Below the pieces are notes generated by a model. The model was not told the DNA's origin. It worked only from the letters and a program-made list of their open reading frames with translations, and searched no databases. A stretch of 64,000 bases of DNA from Spirochaetaceae bacterium (GTDB lineage Bacteria > Spirochaetota > Spirochaetia > PWKH01). Location of the stretch: contig PWKH01000084.1 in NCBI GenBank assembly GCA_003559765.1, positions 580 through 64,579 of the forward strand, given 5' to 3'. Positions 36,614 through 45,376 of this stretch are shown here, in pieces; the stretch's first letter is position 1; each line of letters begins with the position of its first letter. The translations under genes and the position numbers were made by a program.

Positions 36614-38140
36614 ATGGACGATTACCGGGACCTCACCATTCTGTATAATATCAGCAAAATTCTCGATGAATTTCATGACCTGGAGTCGATCATCACCCCG
36701 ATTCTGGAGAATATTTCAGACCACTTCCCGGACAGTCAGGGTGCGATCACCCTGCTGAACCGATCAACCAACAAGATTATGATCGAGTCTGCCTTCGGGC
36801 TCTCATCTTCCCAGCGCAACCGGGGAATTTATCAGGTGGGAGAAGGAATTACCGGCCGGGTGGTGAAATCGGGAAAACCGATGATCATCCCCGATGTCAG
36901 CAAGGAGAAGCATTTCACCAACAAGACCGGCCAGTTCTCCAACCGGGGGGGAGAGAAGCGCTCATTCCTCTGCGTACCGGTTAAGACGGAAAACGAGACC
37001 ATCGGGACCTTGAATATCTCCACTCTCCACCGCAATGAACAGCAGCTCCAGCGGACCCTGCAGCTGTTATCGGTGATAGCTTCGATGATTGCCCGGGCGG
37101 TTCGGCTTCGCCAGGAGCGCCGGGAGAGCACTGACCGGCTGCTTGCTGAGAACGAACGGCTGAAACGGGAGCTGAAGGACCGTTTTCAGCCGGATCGGAT
37201 CATCGGCCGCTCCCAGGTGATGCAGGAGGTCTTCGATCTCATCTGGCAGGTCTGCAGAAGTGAGGCCACCGTGCTCATTCGCGGGGACAGCGGCACCGGC
37301 AAGGAGCTGGTAGCCCAGGAGATACACTACAACAGCCTCCGGGCGGACAAGCCCTTTATAAAGGTAAACTGCGCCGCCCTGCCTGAGAGCGTGATTGAAA
37401 GTGAGCTCTTCGGTCATGAGAAGGGCGCCTTCACCGGAGCTCACACACACCGGAAGGGACGGTTTGAGCTTGCTGATGAGGGAACGCTGTTTCTCGATGA
37501 GATCGGCGAGCTTTCCGGTCAGATGCAGGTGAAGCTGCTGCGCATCCTCCAGGAGCAGGAGTTTGAACGGGTCGGAGGCACCCAGAACATTAAGGTTGAT
37601 GTGCGCATCATTGCGGCGACGAACCGAAATCTGGAGGAGGAGATGGCCGCAGGCATCTTCCGGGAGGATCTCTACTACCGGCTCAATGTGTTTCCCATCC
37701 ATCTGCCGCCGCTTCGGGAACGCAAAAGTGATATCATGCTGCTGTGCGACAGCTTTATCGATAAGTACAACAAACGCAACAACCGCAGCATCAAGCGCAT
37801 CACCAGTGCTGCAATTGATCTGTTCATGAGCTATCACTGGCCGGGAAATGTCCGGGAGCTTGAGAACTGCATTGAGCGGGCGGTGCTGTTGAGCAACGAT
37901 CAGGTGATCCATGCCTACCACCTTCCGCCGAGCCTTCAGTCTGCCGAATCCTCCAACACTCCCTCACCGAAGACCCTCAGCGAAGCGGTGGAGGAGCTGG
38001 AACGGGAACTGATCGCCGACGCCCTGAAAACTGCCCGGGGCAACCGGGCTAAGGCAGCCCGGGAACTGGGGATTACCGAGCGTATCATGGGGCTTCGGAC
38101 AGACAAATACCAGATCAATCCGGAGAAGTACAAACTCTAA
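36614..38140 (+). CDS. Sigma-54-dependent transcriptional activator, GAF-AAA+-HTH architecture (NifA-like one-component bEBP)
   Basis: 508 aa. N-terminal GAF-like region, Walker A GDSGTGKE, the sigma-54 contact loop [15 protein letters not shown], Walker [10 protein letters not shown], and a C-terminal Fis-type HTH ([15 protein letters not shown]). Confidence 0.92.
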   Translation: MDDYRDLTILYNISKILDEFHDLESIITPILENISDHFPDSQGAITLLNRSTNKIMIESAFGLSSSQRNRGIYQVGEGITGRVVKSGKPMIIPDVSKEKHFTNKTGQFSNRGGEKRSFLCVPVKTENETIGTLNISTLHRNEQQLQRTLQLLSVIASMIARAVRLRQERRESTDRLLAENERLKRELKDRFQPDRIIGRSQVMQEVFDLIWQVCRSEATVLIRGDSGTGKELVAQEIHYNSLRADKPFIKVNCAALPESVIESELFGHEKGAFTGAHTHRKGRFELADEGTLFLDEIGELSGQMQVKLLRILQEQEFERVGGTQNIKVDVRIIAATNRNLEEEMAAGIFREDLYYRLNVFPIHLPPLRERKSDIMLLCDSFIDKYNKRNNRSIKRITSAAIDLFMSYHWPGNVRELENCIERAVLLSNDQVIHAYHLPPSLQSAESSNTPSPKTLSEAVEELERELIADALKTARGNRAKAARELGITERIMGLRTDKYQINPEKYKL

Positions 38141-38141
38141 T

Positions 38142-38187
38142 CCTACTGTTACGTAGGCCTCTGAATCTATTCCTACATTATTGTAAC
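38142..38187. promoter_or_regulatory. Tandem candidate enhancer (UAS) sites upstream of the amt sigma-54 promoter
   Basis: A1 is CCTACTGTTACGTAGG (38142-38157) and A2 is CCTACATTATTGTAAC (38172-38187). Their centres are 30 bp apart, and 105 and 75 bp upstream of the -24 GG. Confidence 0.5.
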
Positions 38188-38252
38188 TCAATACAGGCAT
38201 CCAGCTGTTCGCAACTTTCAGCATTTAAATAAATTATCGAAATAATCAAAAT

Positions 38253-38267
38253 TGGCACGCTATTTGC
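38253..38267 (+). promoter_or_regulatory. Sigma-54 (-24/-12) promoter of amt-glnK
   Basis: TGGCAC-GCTAT-TTGC is an exact match to TGGCAC-N5-TTGC. It lies 35 nt upstream of ATG 38303. Confidence 0.8.
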
Positions 38268-38302
38268 CAATACTCATCATTCATACTACAAGGAGCGTGC
38301 TT

Positions 38303-39613
38303 ATGAACAAACGGACTTTCTGTACCGCCGCCCTGGTTCTGCTGACCCCGGCGTCTCTTTTTTCCCAGGAGCTTGAAGGAGCGCTGCTGCTGCATCAGCA
38401 GTCCCTGGATATGATCTGGCTGCTGCTGGCAGCGGTGCTGGTGTTCTTCATGCAGGCCGGATTCACCCTGGTTGAATCCGGCCTTACCCGGGCGAAAAAC
38501 GCAGGCAACATCCTGATGAAGAATCTCATGGACTTCAGCGCAGGAGCGATCATCTACTGGGCCTTCGGGTGGGCGCTGATGTACGGCGCATCCGCATCGG
38601 GAATGATCGGAACAAGCGAGTTCTTCATCGCCGGAGCGACACCGGAGCTGTTCAGCGACTGGATGTTCCAGGTGGTGTTTGCCGCAACCGCAGCCACGAT
38701 CGTATCGGGTGCTATGGCCGAACGGACGCGGTTCTCCTCCTATCTGATCTACAGCATCTTTATCACCGGCCTGATATATCCGGTATCGGGGCACTGGATC
38801 TGGGGAGACGGATGGCTTGCCTCCCTCGGGTTTCACGATTTTGCCGGCTCCACGGTGGTGCATTCCGTCGGCGGCTGGGCGGCCCTGATGGGCGCATTAG
38901 TCCTGGGTCCCCGAATCGGCAAATATATACGGCACAACGGTGAAGTTTCCGTAAAAGCCATCCCCGGACACAACCTGCCGCTGGCGGGAGCGGGGGTGTT
39001 CATCCTCTGGTTCGGGTGGTACGGATTCAACGCCGGCTCAACCCTCAGCGGGACAGATCTGTCGGCCTCCCATATCGCTGTAACCACCACCCTGGGGGCT
39101 GCAGCCGGTGCAATCGGAGCCATGGCAGTAACCTGGAAGCGCTACGGCAAGCCGGATGTGAGCATGTCATTCAACGGCGCTCTGGCAGGACTGGTGGGGA
39201 TCACCGCAAACTGCGATGTGATCTCCCCCGCTGGTTCAATTGTCATCGGCCTTGCCGCAGGCTTTCTTGTCGTGTATTCAGTAGAATTTTTAGATAAGGT
39301 GCTCCACATTGACGATCCCGTCGGAGCTGTCTCGGTGCACGGTGTATGCGGAGTCTGGGGAACCCTCGCAGCCGGACTCTTTCATACTGAATCCGGGCTG
39401 CTCTACGGAGGAGGCGCCTCGCTTCTCGCAATTCAGGCACTCGGAGCAGCTTCAGTATTTGCATGGGTTACTGCAACCTCGGGAATTCTGTTTCTCACCA
39501 TCAAAAAGACCGTGGGACTCCGGGTTTCTCAGGAAGATGAGTTCAAAGGACTGGACATCTCGGAGCACGGCCTCGAGGCATACAGCGGATTCCAGATTTT
39601 TTCCAACATGTAA
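38303..39613 (+). CDS. amt: Ammonium transporter
   Basis: Start moved to MNKRTFCTAALVLL (AAGGAG upstream); the ORF-track Met at 38252 would overlap the promoter. It is a polytopic Amt-family protein (FFMQAGFTLVESG, DFAGSTVVHSVGG, VHGVCGVWGT). Confidence 0.93.
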   Translation: MNKRTFCTAALVLLTPASLFSQELEGALLLHQQSLDMIWLLLAAVLVFFMQAGFTLVESGLTRAKNAGNILMKNLMDFSAGAIIYWAFGWALMYGASASGMIGTSEFFIAGATPELFSDWMFQVVFAATAATIVSGAMAERTRFSSYLIYSIFITGLIYPVSGHWIWGDGWLASLGFHDFAGSTVVHSVGGWAALMGALVLGPRIGKYIRHNGEVSVKAIPGHNLPLAGAGVFILWFGWYGFNAGSTLSGTDLSASHIAVTTTLGAAAGAIGAMAVTWKRYGKPDVSMSFNGALAGLVGITANCDVISPAGSIVIGLAAGFLVVYSVEFLDKVLHIDDPVGAVSVHGVCGVWGTLAAGLFHTESGLLYGGGASLLAIQALGAASVFAWVTATSGILFLTIKKTVGLRVSQEDEFKGLDISEHGLEAYSGFQIFSNM

Positions 39614-39624
39614 GGAGGACTGCC

Positions 39625-39966
39625 ATGAAACTGATTACAGCCTACATACAGCCCGACCGGCTGAATGCGGTAAAACAGGAATTATACAAGCGGGAGGTGT
39701 ACAAAATGTCGGTGACCAATGCCCTGGGATGCGGCCAGCAGAAGGGGTATCATGAGACCTATCGGGGGGTCGACATTGAAGTGAATCTTCTGAAGAAGGT
39801 GAGAATTGAAATTGCGGTGAATGAGGATTTCGTCGAAGCTGTCCTGGAGGGCATTACTGCCGGTGCGAGGACCGGATCTATTGGAGACGGAAAAATATTC
39901 ATCGTGCCGATTGAGGAATGCATCCGCATCAGAAACGGAGATACGGGCAGAGCAGCAATCGGCTGA
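39625..39966 (+). CDS. glnK: Nitrogen regulatory protein P-II (GlnK type, amt-linked)
   Basis: 113 aa. MKLITAYIQPDRL, T-loop GQQKGYHETYRG and GDGKIFIVPIEECIRIRNG are present. Confidence 0.93.
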   Translation: MKLITAYIQPDRLNAVKQELYKREVYKMSVTNALGCGQQKGYHETYRGVDIEVNLLKKVRIEIAVNEDFVEAVLEGITAGARTGSIGDGKIFIVPIEECIRIRNGDTGRAAIG

Positions 39967-39967
39967 T

Positions 39968-40014
39968 CCTACAAAAATGTAGAAACACACTCCATCTTCA
40001 TACATTTTTGTAGG
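39968..40014. promoter_or_regulatory. Tandem candidate enhancer (UAS) sites upstream of the glnN sigma-54 promoter; they can also pair as a 14-bp hairpin after glnK
   Basis: G1 is CCTACAAAAATGTAGA (39968-39983) and G2 is CATACATTTTTGTAGG (39999-40014). Their centres are 31 bp apart, and 105 and 74 bp upstream of the -24 GG. Confidence 0.5.
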
Positions 40015-40078
40015 AAGATGGAGCAATCTTTTCTTCAGATATTCTACAATTACATGAATAACAATAACTTATATATCT

Positions 40079-40093
40079 TGGCACGGTAATTGC
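40079..40093 (+). promoter_or_regulatory. Sigma-54 (-24/-12) promoter of glnN
   Basis: TGGCAC-GGTAA-TTGC is an exact consensus match. It lies 33 nt upstream of ATG 40127. Confidence 0.8.
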
Positions 40094-40126
40094 TTACTAT
40101 TGGAAGACAAAACTTAAGGAGTTGTT

Positions 40127-42250
40127 ATGGACTATAGCAGTGAAGTACGAACTATGAAGCTTTCAGAGATGTACGGTGAGTACAGTTTCAACGACCGCAC
40201 CATGCGTGAACGCCTTCCCAACAGCGTATATCAGAAGATGAAGGAGATTCAGGACAACAAGAAGAACCTGACCCTTGAGATTGCTGAAGTGGTGGCCAAC
40301 GCCATGAAGGACTGGGCCATCGAAAAGGGGGCAACTCACTTCACTCACTGGTTCCAGCCGCTGACCGGTCTGACTGCGGAAAAGCACGACTCCTTCATCT
40401 CACCCACTCCCGACGGACGGATCCTTATGGAATTTTCAGGCAAGGAGCTGATCAAGGGGGAGCCCGATGCTTCCTCATTTCCCAGCGGGGGCCTTCGGGC
40501 CACCTTTGAAGCGAGGGGCTATACCGCCTGGGACACCTCCTCCCCGGCATTCATCCAGGATCTCAACGGCATCACCACCCTGACCATCCCCTCGGCCTTC
40601 ATCTCCTACCGCGGGGATGCCCTGGACAAGAAGACTCCCCTGCTGCGTTCCATGGAGGCGGCCAATAAGGCCACCCTCCGGGTGCTGCGCGCTCTCGGCA
40701 ACACTGCTGTGAAGCGGGTATATACGACCGTCGGACCGGAGCAGGAATACTTCCTGGTGGACAAGGCCCATTTCAGCAAACGGCCGGACCTCCAGCTGAC
40801 CGGGCGGACCGTCTTTGGAAGCATGTGCGCCAAGGGCCAGGAACTTGATGATCACTATTTCGGATCGATCAAGGAGCGGGTACTGAAGTTCATGCATGAG
40901 CTCAACCAGGAGCTGTGGCGCCTCGGGATATCTGCAAAGACCCAGCATAACGAAGTAGCACCGAACCAGTTTGAGCTTGCCACCATTTACGATACCGCTA
41001 ACCTCAGCACCGATAAGAACCAGCTGGTAATGAAGATGATCAAGAATGTGGCTGAGCGTCATGACATGGTGGCGCTGCTCCACGAAAAGCCCTTTGCAGG
41101 GGTCAACGGATCAGGAAAGCACAACAACTGGGCGCTCTCCACGGATGACGGACAGAATCTGCTGCAGCCCGGGGACAACCCCTATGAAAATGCCCAGTTC
41201 CTGCTGTTTCTCACCTCCGTCATTAAGGCTGTTGATATGTACGCGCCGCTGCTGAGACTTTCTGCGGCAAATTCCGGAAACGACCACCGTCTGGGAGCCA
41301 ACGAAGCGCCTCCGGCGATCATCTCCATTTTTCTGGGAGAGCAGCTTACGGACATCCTCGACACGCTGATCAACGGGACGAAGCACAGCAGGGCTGCCAG
41401 TGAGATTATGGATATCGGAGTAAGCGTGCTTCCGGATTTTCCCAAAGATATGACCGACCGGAACCGGACCTCCCCCTTTGCCTTCACCGGTGACAAATTT
41501 GAATTCAGAATGGTGGGTTCCTCCCAGTCCATCGCCGGACCGAATGCAATTCTCAACAGCTCCGTATCGGCAGTCCTCAACGAAGCCGCAGACCGGCTGG
41601 AGGCAAGTTCGGACACCCTGGAAGAGGTAAAAAAGATTATTATCGATTTCTATCGGGATCACCGCCGAGTAATTTTCAACGGCAACGGATACAGCGATGA
41701 TTGGGTGCAGGAAGCGAAAAAGCGGGGACTGGCTAATCTGACCTGCACGGTTGAAGCGCTTCCGGAGCTGATGCGGGAATCCAACGCCCAGATGCTCTCC
41801 AGTCTCGGAGTGTTCTCCCGGGCGGAGCTTGAAAGCAGGCTGGAAATCTACATGGAGTCATACAGCAAGCAGATCAACATTGAGGCGGGAATCATGATTG
41901 AGATGGCCCGCAGACAGATTGTCCCTGCGGTCACCTCCTATCTTGATATGCTCATCAGCTCCCTGTCCCGTCAGCGGGAACTTGACCTGCCGGTCATCCG
42001 GCAGCAGGAACATATTACCGAGCTGTCCCGGCACCTGGAGGGGCTGATTCAGTCCATGAATACCCTGGAGGAAAAACTGAAGACCGTCCAGGACATGGAG
42101 GATGATGTTATCGCCCAGGCCAGGGAATTCCGTTGGGCTATCTGCCCCATGATGGATGATCTTCGGGTGCACGGCGACGCCCTTGAGCGGCTCACCGACC
42201 GCACAAGATGGCCCTACCCTTCCTACGAAGAACTGCTCTTCGGACTGTAG
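40127..42250 (+). CDS. glnN: Glutamine synthetase type III
   Basis: 707 aa, the GSIII size class. The N-terminus (EMYGEYSFNDRTMRERLPNSVYQKM) and catalytic-core motifs (NGSGKHNNWAL, NDHRLGANEAPP) are typical of GSIII. Confidence 0.92.
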   Translation: MDYSSEVRTMKLSEMYGEYSFNDRTMRERLPNSVYQKMKEIQDNKKNLTLEIAEVVANAMKDWAIEKGATHFTHWFQPLTGLTAEKHDSFISPTPDGRILMEFSGKELIKGEPDASSFPSGGLRATFEARGYTAWDTSSPAFIQDLNGITTLTIPSAFISYRGDALDKKTPLLRSMEAANKATLRVLRALGNTAVKRVYTTVGPEQEYFLVDKAHFSKRPDLQLTGRTVFGSMCAKGQELDDHYFGSIKERVLKFMHELNQELWRLGISAKTQHNEVAPNQFELATIYDTANLSTDKNQLVMKMIKNVAERHDMVALLHEKPFAGVNGSGKHNNWALSTDDGQNLLQPGDNPYENAQFLLFLTSVIKAVDMYAPLLRLSAANSGNDHRLGANEAPPAIISIFLGEQLTDILDTLINGTKHSRAASEIMDIGVSVLPDFPKDMTDRNRTSPFAFTGDKFEFRMVGSSQSIAGPNAILNSSVSAVLNEAADRLEASSDTLEEVKKIIIDFYRDHRRVIFNGNGYSDDWVQEAKKRGLANLTCTVEALPELMRESNAQMLSSLGVFSRAELESRLEIYMESYSKQINIEAGIMIEMARRQIVPAVTSYLDMLISSLSRQRELDLPVIRQQEHITELSRHLEGLIQSMNTLEEKLKTVQDMEDDVIAQAREFRWAICPMMDDLRVHGDALERLTDRTRWPYPSYEELLFGL

Positions 42251-42257
42251 CATCGAA

Positions 42258-42286
42258 TCCCGTCGCCTTCGGCGGCGGGTTTTTTA
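42258..42286 (+). terminator. Rho-independent terminator after glnN
   Basis: CCCGTCGCC / GGCGGCGGG stem (one G-U pair) with a short loop, followed by TTTTTT (42280-42285). Confidence 0.7.
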
Positions 42287-42344
42287 TATCTCCAGTCCTT
42301 TCAGCATGCCGTTTCTGTGCTATAGTAGTCTCAGGAGTTTGCCC

Positions 42345-43202
42345 ATGATACCAAAAAAACCCTTCGGCGGCACCGGCTGCGAAAGCACCAGAGTCATCTT
42401 CGGCGCCGCTGCCCTGGCAGAAATTACCCAGAAAGAAACAGATAAAACCCTGGAGCTGCTGCAGCGCTTCGGAGTTAATCACATCGACACCGCCCGCAGT
42501 TACGGTGAAGCTGAACTGCGCCTCGGTCCGTGGATGAAGCACAGCCGGAAGGAGTTCTTCCTTGCCAGCAAGACCGCCGAGCGCACCCGGCAGGGTGCCA
42601 TGGAGGAACTGCAGCAGTCTCTGGAGCGGCTGCAGACAGACTGCCTGGACTTATGGCAGATGCACTGCCTGGTTGAGCCGGATGAGATATCTGCTGCCCT
42701 CGGCCCCGGGGGAGTAATGGAGGCAATGACTGAGGCAAAACGGCAGGGCCTGGTGAAGCATGTCGGGGTAACCGGCCACGGGCTCGGCACACCTGCTGCG
42801 CTGCTCGGAGTGCTGGAGAAGGCTGACTTTGATTCTGTGCTGTTTCCCTACAACTATGTGCTGATGAAGCAGCACTCCTACGCCGCCGACGCAATTGCCC
42901 TGCTCAATTTTTGCGGAAGAAACCGCATTGCCGTCCAGACGATCAAATCCCTGGCAAGAAATTCCGGGGAGGGAAAGTCTTACCCCTATACCACCTGGTA
43001 CGAACCGGTAGATGATCCGGCGGTGATCCGCAGTATGGTCCAGTGGGTGCTGAGCAATCCCCAGGTGTTTCTCAATTCCTCAGGGGATGTCAGGCTGCTG
43101 CCGCACATTCTGGAAGCGGCGTCACAGCCGATCGAACTGGTTACCGAAGAACAGCTGGATGAGCTGGTGCTGCAGCACCGCATTGAGCCGGTGTTTCACT
43201 GA
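42345..43202 (+). CDS. Aldo/keto reductase
   Basis: Start moved to MIPKKPFGGTGCESTRVIFG (CAGGAG upstream). GVNHIDTARSYGEAE and the overall pattern are AKR-like. Confidence 0.85.
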   Translation: MIPKKPFGGTGCESTRVIFGAAALAEITQKETDKTLELLQRFGVNHIDTARSYGEAELRLGPWMKHSRKEFFLASKTAERTRQGAMEELQQSLERLQTDCLDLWQMHCLVEPDEISAALGPGGVMEAMTEAKRQGLVKHVGVTGHGLGTPAALLGVLEKADFDSVLFPYNYVLMKQHSYAADAIALLNFCGRNRIAVQTIKSLARNSGEGKSYPYTTWYEPVDDPAVIRSMVQWVLSNPQVFLNSSGDVRLLPHILEAASQPIELVTEEQLDELVLQHRIEPVFH

Positions 43203-43233
43203 GACAGCATGATGCCCGCCGCTTGAGTGCTGG

Positions 43234-43392
43234 TCAGAACAGAAACACAAACAGCAGCACAATGACCGCAGCTGCAACCAGAAAGGTGACCAGCAGCTGG
43301 GGAAGCAGTAAGCGGTAGAGGGCAAGGCAGAAGGCGACAATGTCAGACCAGCTGAAGTGCCTCCGCTTGTCCTGTCCGTTCCTGTCTTTCAT
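43234..43392 (-). CDS. Candidate small hydrophobic protein (52 aa) translationally coupled to the second ABC ATPase gene
   Basis: Not in the ORF track because it is under 60 aa. My translation is [52 protein letters not shown]. Its ATG overlaps the upstream TGA (ATGA) and a purine-rich GGGAGGGGGGAG lies just upstream. Confidence 0.4.
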   Translation of the reverse strand: MKDRNGQDKRRHFSWSDIVAFCLALYRLLLPQLLVTFLVAAAVIVLLFVFLF

Positions 43393-44378
43393 AGTCTCCC
43401 CCCTCCCTGCTGCACAAGATGACAGGCTGCAAGATGCCCGCCGCCGATGTCCCGAAGCTTCGGTTCTTCAATACGGCACCTCTCCATGGTGTAGGGACAT
43501 CGGGGATGAAAGTAGCAGCCTGAGGGCGGATGAGAAGGGCTGGGGACATCTCCCTGCAGCACGATCCGCTTCTTCTGTGCATCCACATCAATTGACGGAA
43601 TAGCCGACATCAGGGCTATTGTGTAGGGATGCTGCGGGTCTTTATAGAGTGCTGCGGTACTGCTGAGCTCGGCAATTTTTCCCAGATACATTACCGCCAC
43701 ATGATCAGATATATATTTCACCATACTCAGATCATGGGATATAAACAGATAAGTCAGTCCAAACTGATCCTTGTGTTCCTCCATCAGATTCACGATCTGT
43801 GCCTGGATCGACACGTCCAGAGAAGCTATGGGCTCATCGGCCACCACAAACTCCGGATTCAGCACCAGGGTTCTGGCGATTCCGATGCGCTGACGCTGTC
43901 CTCCGGAAAACTCATGGGGATAGCGTTTTGCATGCTGAGGGGCTAACCCGCAGACCGAAAGGATCTCCTTGACCCGCTCATCCCGCTCCCTGCCATGGGC
44001 TAATCCGTGGACGGAAAGGGCTTCCCCGACAATTTCGCTGACGTTCAGCCGGGGATTCAGGGAGCTGTAGGGATCCTGAAAAATAAACTGGAGTTCCCGG
44101 CGCAGTTTCCGCAGCTCCTGTGTGGAGAGTGAAAAAACATCTCGATTCTTATACAGCGACTCCCCGCTGGTCGGGGAAAGCAGATGCAGCATCGTCCGCC
44201 CCAGGGTCGACTTGCCGCAGCCTGACTCCCCCACCAGCCCCATGGTCTCTCCCCGCCGTATAGTAAGGCTTACCTTATCGACCGCCCGAACATGGGCGGT
44301 AACACGGGAGAAAAGCCCGGTTCTGATTGGAAAGAACTTCTGGATATTTTTCAGTTGAAACATTACATCAGCTTCCAT
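43389..44378 (-). CDS. Oligopeptide/dipeptide ABC transporter ATP-binding protein (OppF position)
   Basis: Start taken at [16 protein letters not shown] (Met34 of the ORF track entry). Walker [10 protein letters not shown], signature FSGGQRQR and Walker [11 protein letters not shown] are present, plus the C-terminal Opp-type extension. Confidence 0.9.
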   Translation of the reverse strand: MEADVMFQLKNIQKFFPIRTGLFSRVTAHVRAVDKVSLTIRRGETMGLVGESGCGKSTLGRTMLHLLSPTSGESLYKNRDVFSLSTQELRKLRRELQFIFQDPYSSLNPRLNVSEIVGEALSVHGLAHGRERDERVKEILSVCGLAPQHAKRYPHEFSGGQRQRIGIARTLVLNPEFVVADEPIASLDVSIQAQIVNLMEEHKDQFGLTYLFISHDLSMVKYISDHVAVMYLGKIAELSSTAALYKDPQHPYTIALMSAIPSIDVDAQKKRIVLQGDVPSPSHPPSGCYFHPRCPYTMERCRIEEPKLRDIGGGHLAACHLVQQGGGRL

Positions 44379-45360
44379 GGACTGCCCCCTGTTGGTCGTA
44401 GAGCCAGCAGCGCACCTGATGCATCTGCTCATGAGAGATAAGTTCAGGCAAGGTACTGCGGCAGATATCCATAACATGCTCGCAGCGGGGATGGTAAGGA
44501 CATCCTGGAGGGGTATGCAGCGGATTCGGCACTGTCCCCGGGATGGGAGTAAGGACCGGGCTTTCGATTTCCATATCAGGCTTTGAACGGATCAGACCGA
44601 TCGTATAGGGATGCTTCGGATCCTTAAACAGATTCCGCCTGCCGGCAATCTCCACAATCCTGCCTGCATACATCACCATCACCCGTTCGGACATCTCAGC
44701 TATTACCCCGAGATCATGGCTGATGAACACGACTGCCGTATGTATCTCCTGCTGAAGTTTCTGCATCAGCTCCAGGATCTGCGCCTGAATGGTTACATCC
44801 AGCGCTGTAGTCGGCTCATCAGCAAAAATCAGTTTCGGCCTGCAGGAGATGGCCATGGCGATCATTGCCCGCTGTCTCATGCCTCCGCTCAGCGCATGGG
44901 GATACTCATCATTGATTTTTTCCGGCCGGGGGATGCCCACCTGCTTGAGCATATCGATGCTTGCATTCCTGGCAGCTTTTTTATTCAGCCCCTGATGAAG
45001 CCTGATCGCTTCCTGGAGCTGAAATCCAATGGTGAACACCGGATTAAAGGAAGTCATAGGCTCCTGGAAGATCATAGCCATTTCATTGCCCCTGATCTTC
45101 TGCATCTGCCGCTCCCGAAGCGAAAGCAGGTCCCTTCCCTCAAAGCGCATACTGTCCGCCTCAATCCTTCCGTTCTGCTCCATGAGGCGCATGACGCTGA
45201 GGCAGGTGACACTTTTCCCGCAGCCTGACTCACCCACAATTCCCAATGATTCGCCGTGGGAGATATGGAAGGATACATCCCTGACCGCACGCACCAGTCC
45301 GTCCTCTGTCTGAAAACTGGAGGAGAGATTTGTTACTTGGAGTAATTCATTCACACCCAT
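44368..45360 (-). CDS. Oligopeptide/dipeptide ABC transporter ATP-binding protein (OppD position)
   Basis: 330 aa. Walker A GESGCGKS, signature LSGGMRQR and Walker B FADEPTTALD are present. Confidence 0.92.
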   Translation of the reverse strand: MGVNELLQVTNLSSSFQTEDGLVRAVRDVSFHISHGESLGIVGESGCGKSVTCLSVMRLMEQNGRIEADSMRFEGRDLLSLRERQMQKIRGNEMAMIFQEPMTSFNPVFTIGFQLQEAIRLHQGLNKKAARNASIDMLKQVGIPRPEKINDEYPHALSGGMRQRAMIAMAISCRPKLIFADEPTTALDVTIQAQILELMQKLQQEIHTAVVFISHDLGVIAEMSERVMVMYAGRIVEIAGRRNLFKDPKHPYTIGLIRSKPDMEIESPVLTPIPGTVPNPLHTPPGCPYHPRCEHVMDICRSTLPELISHEQMHQVRCWLYDQQGAVHGS

Positions 45361-45376
45361 GGTTATCCTTACCGTT

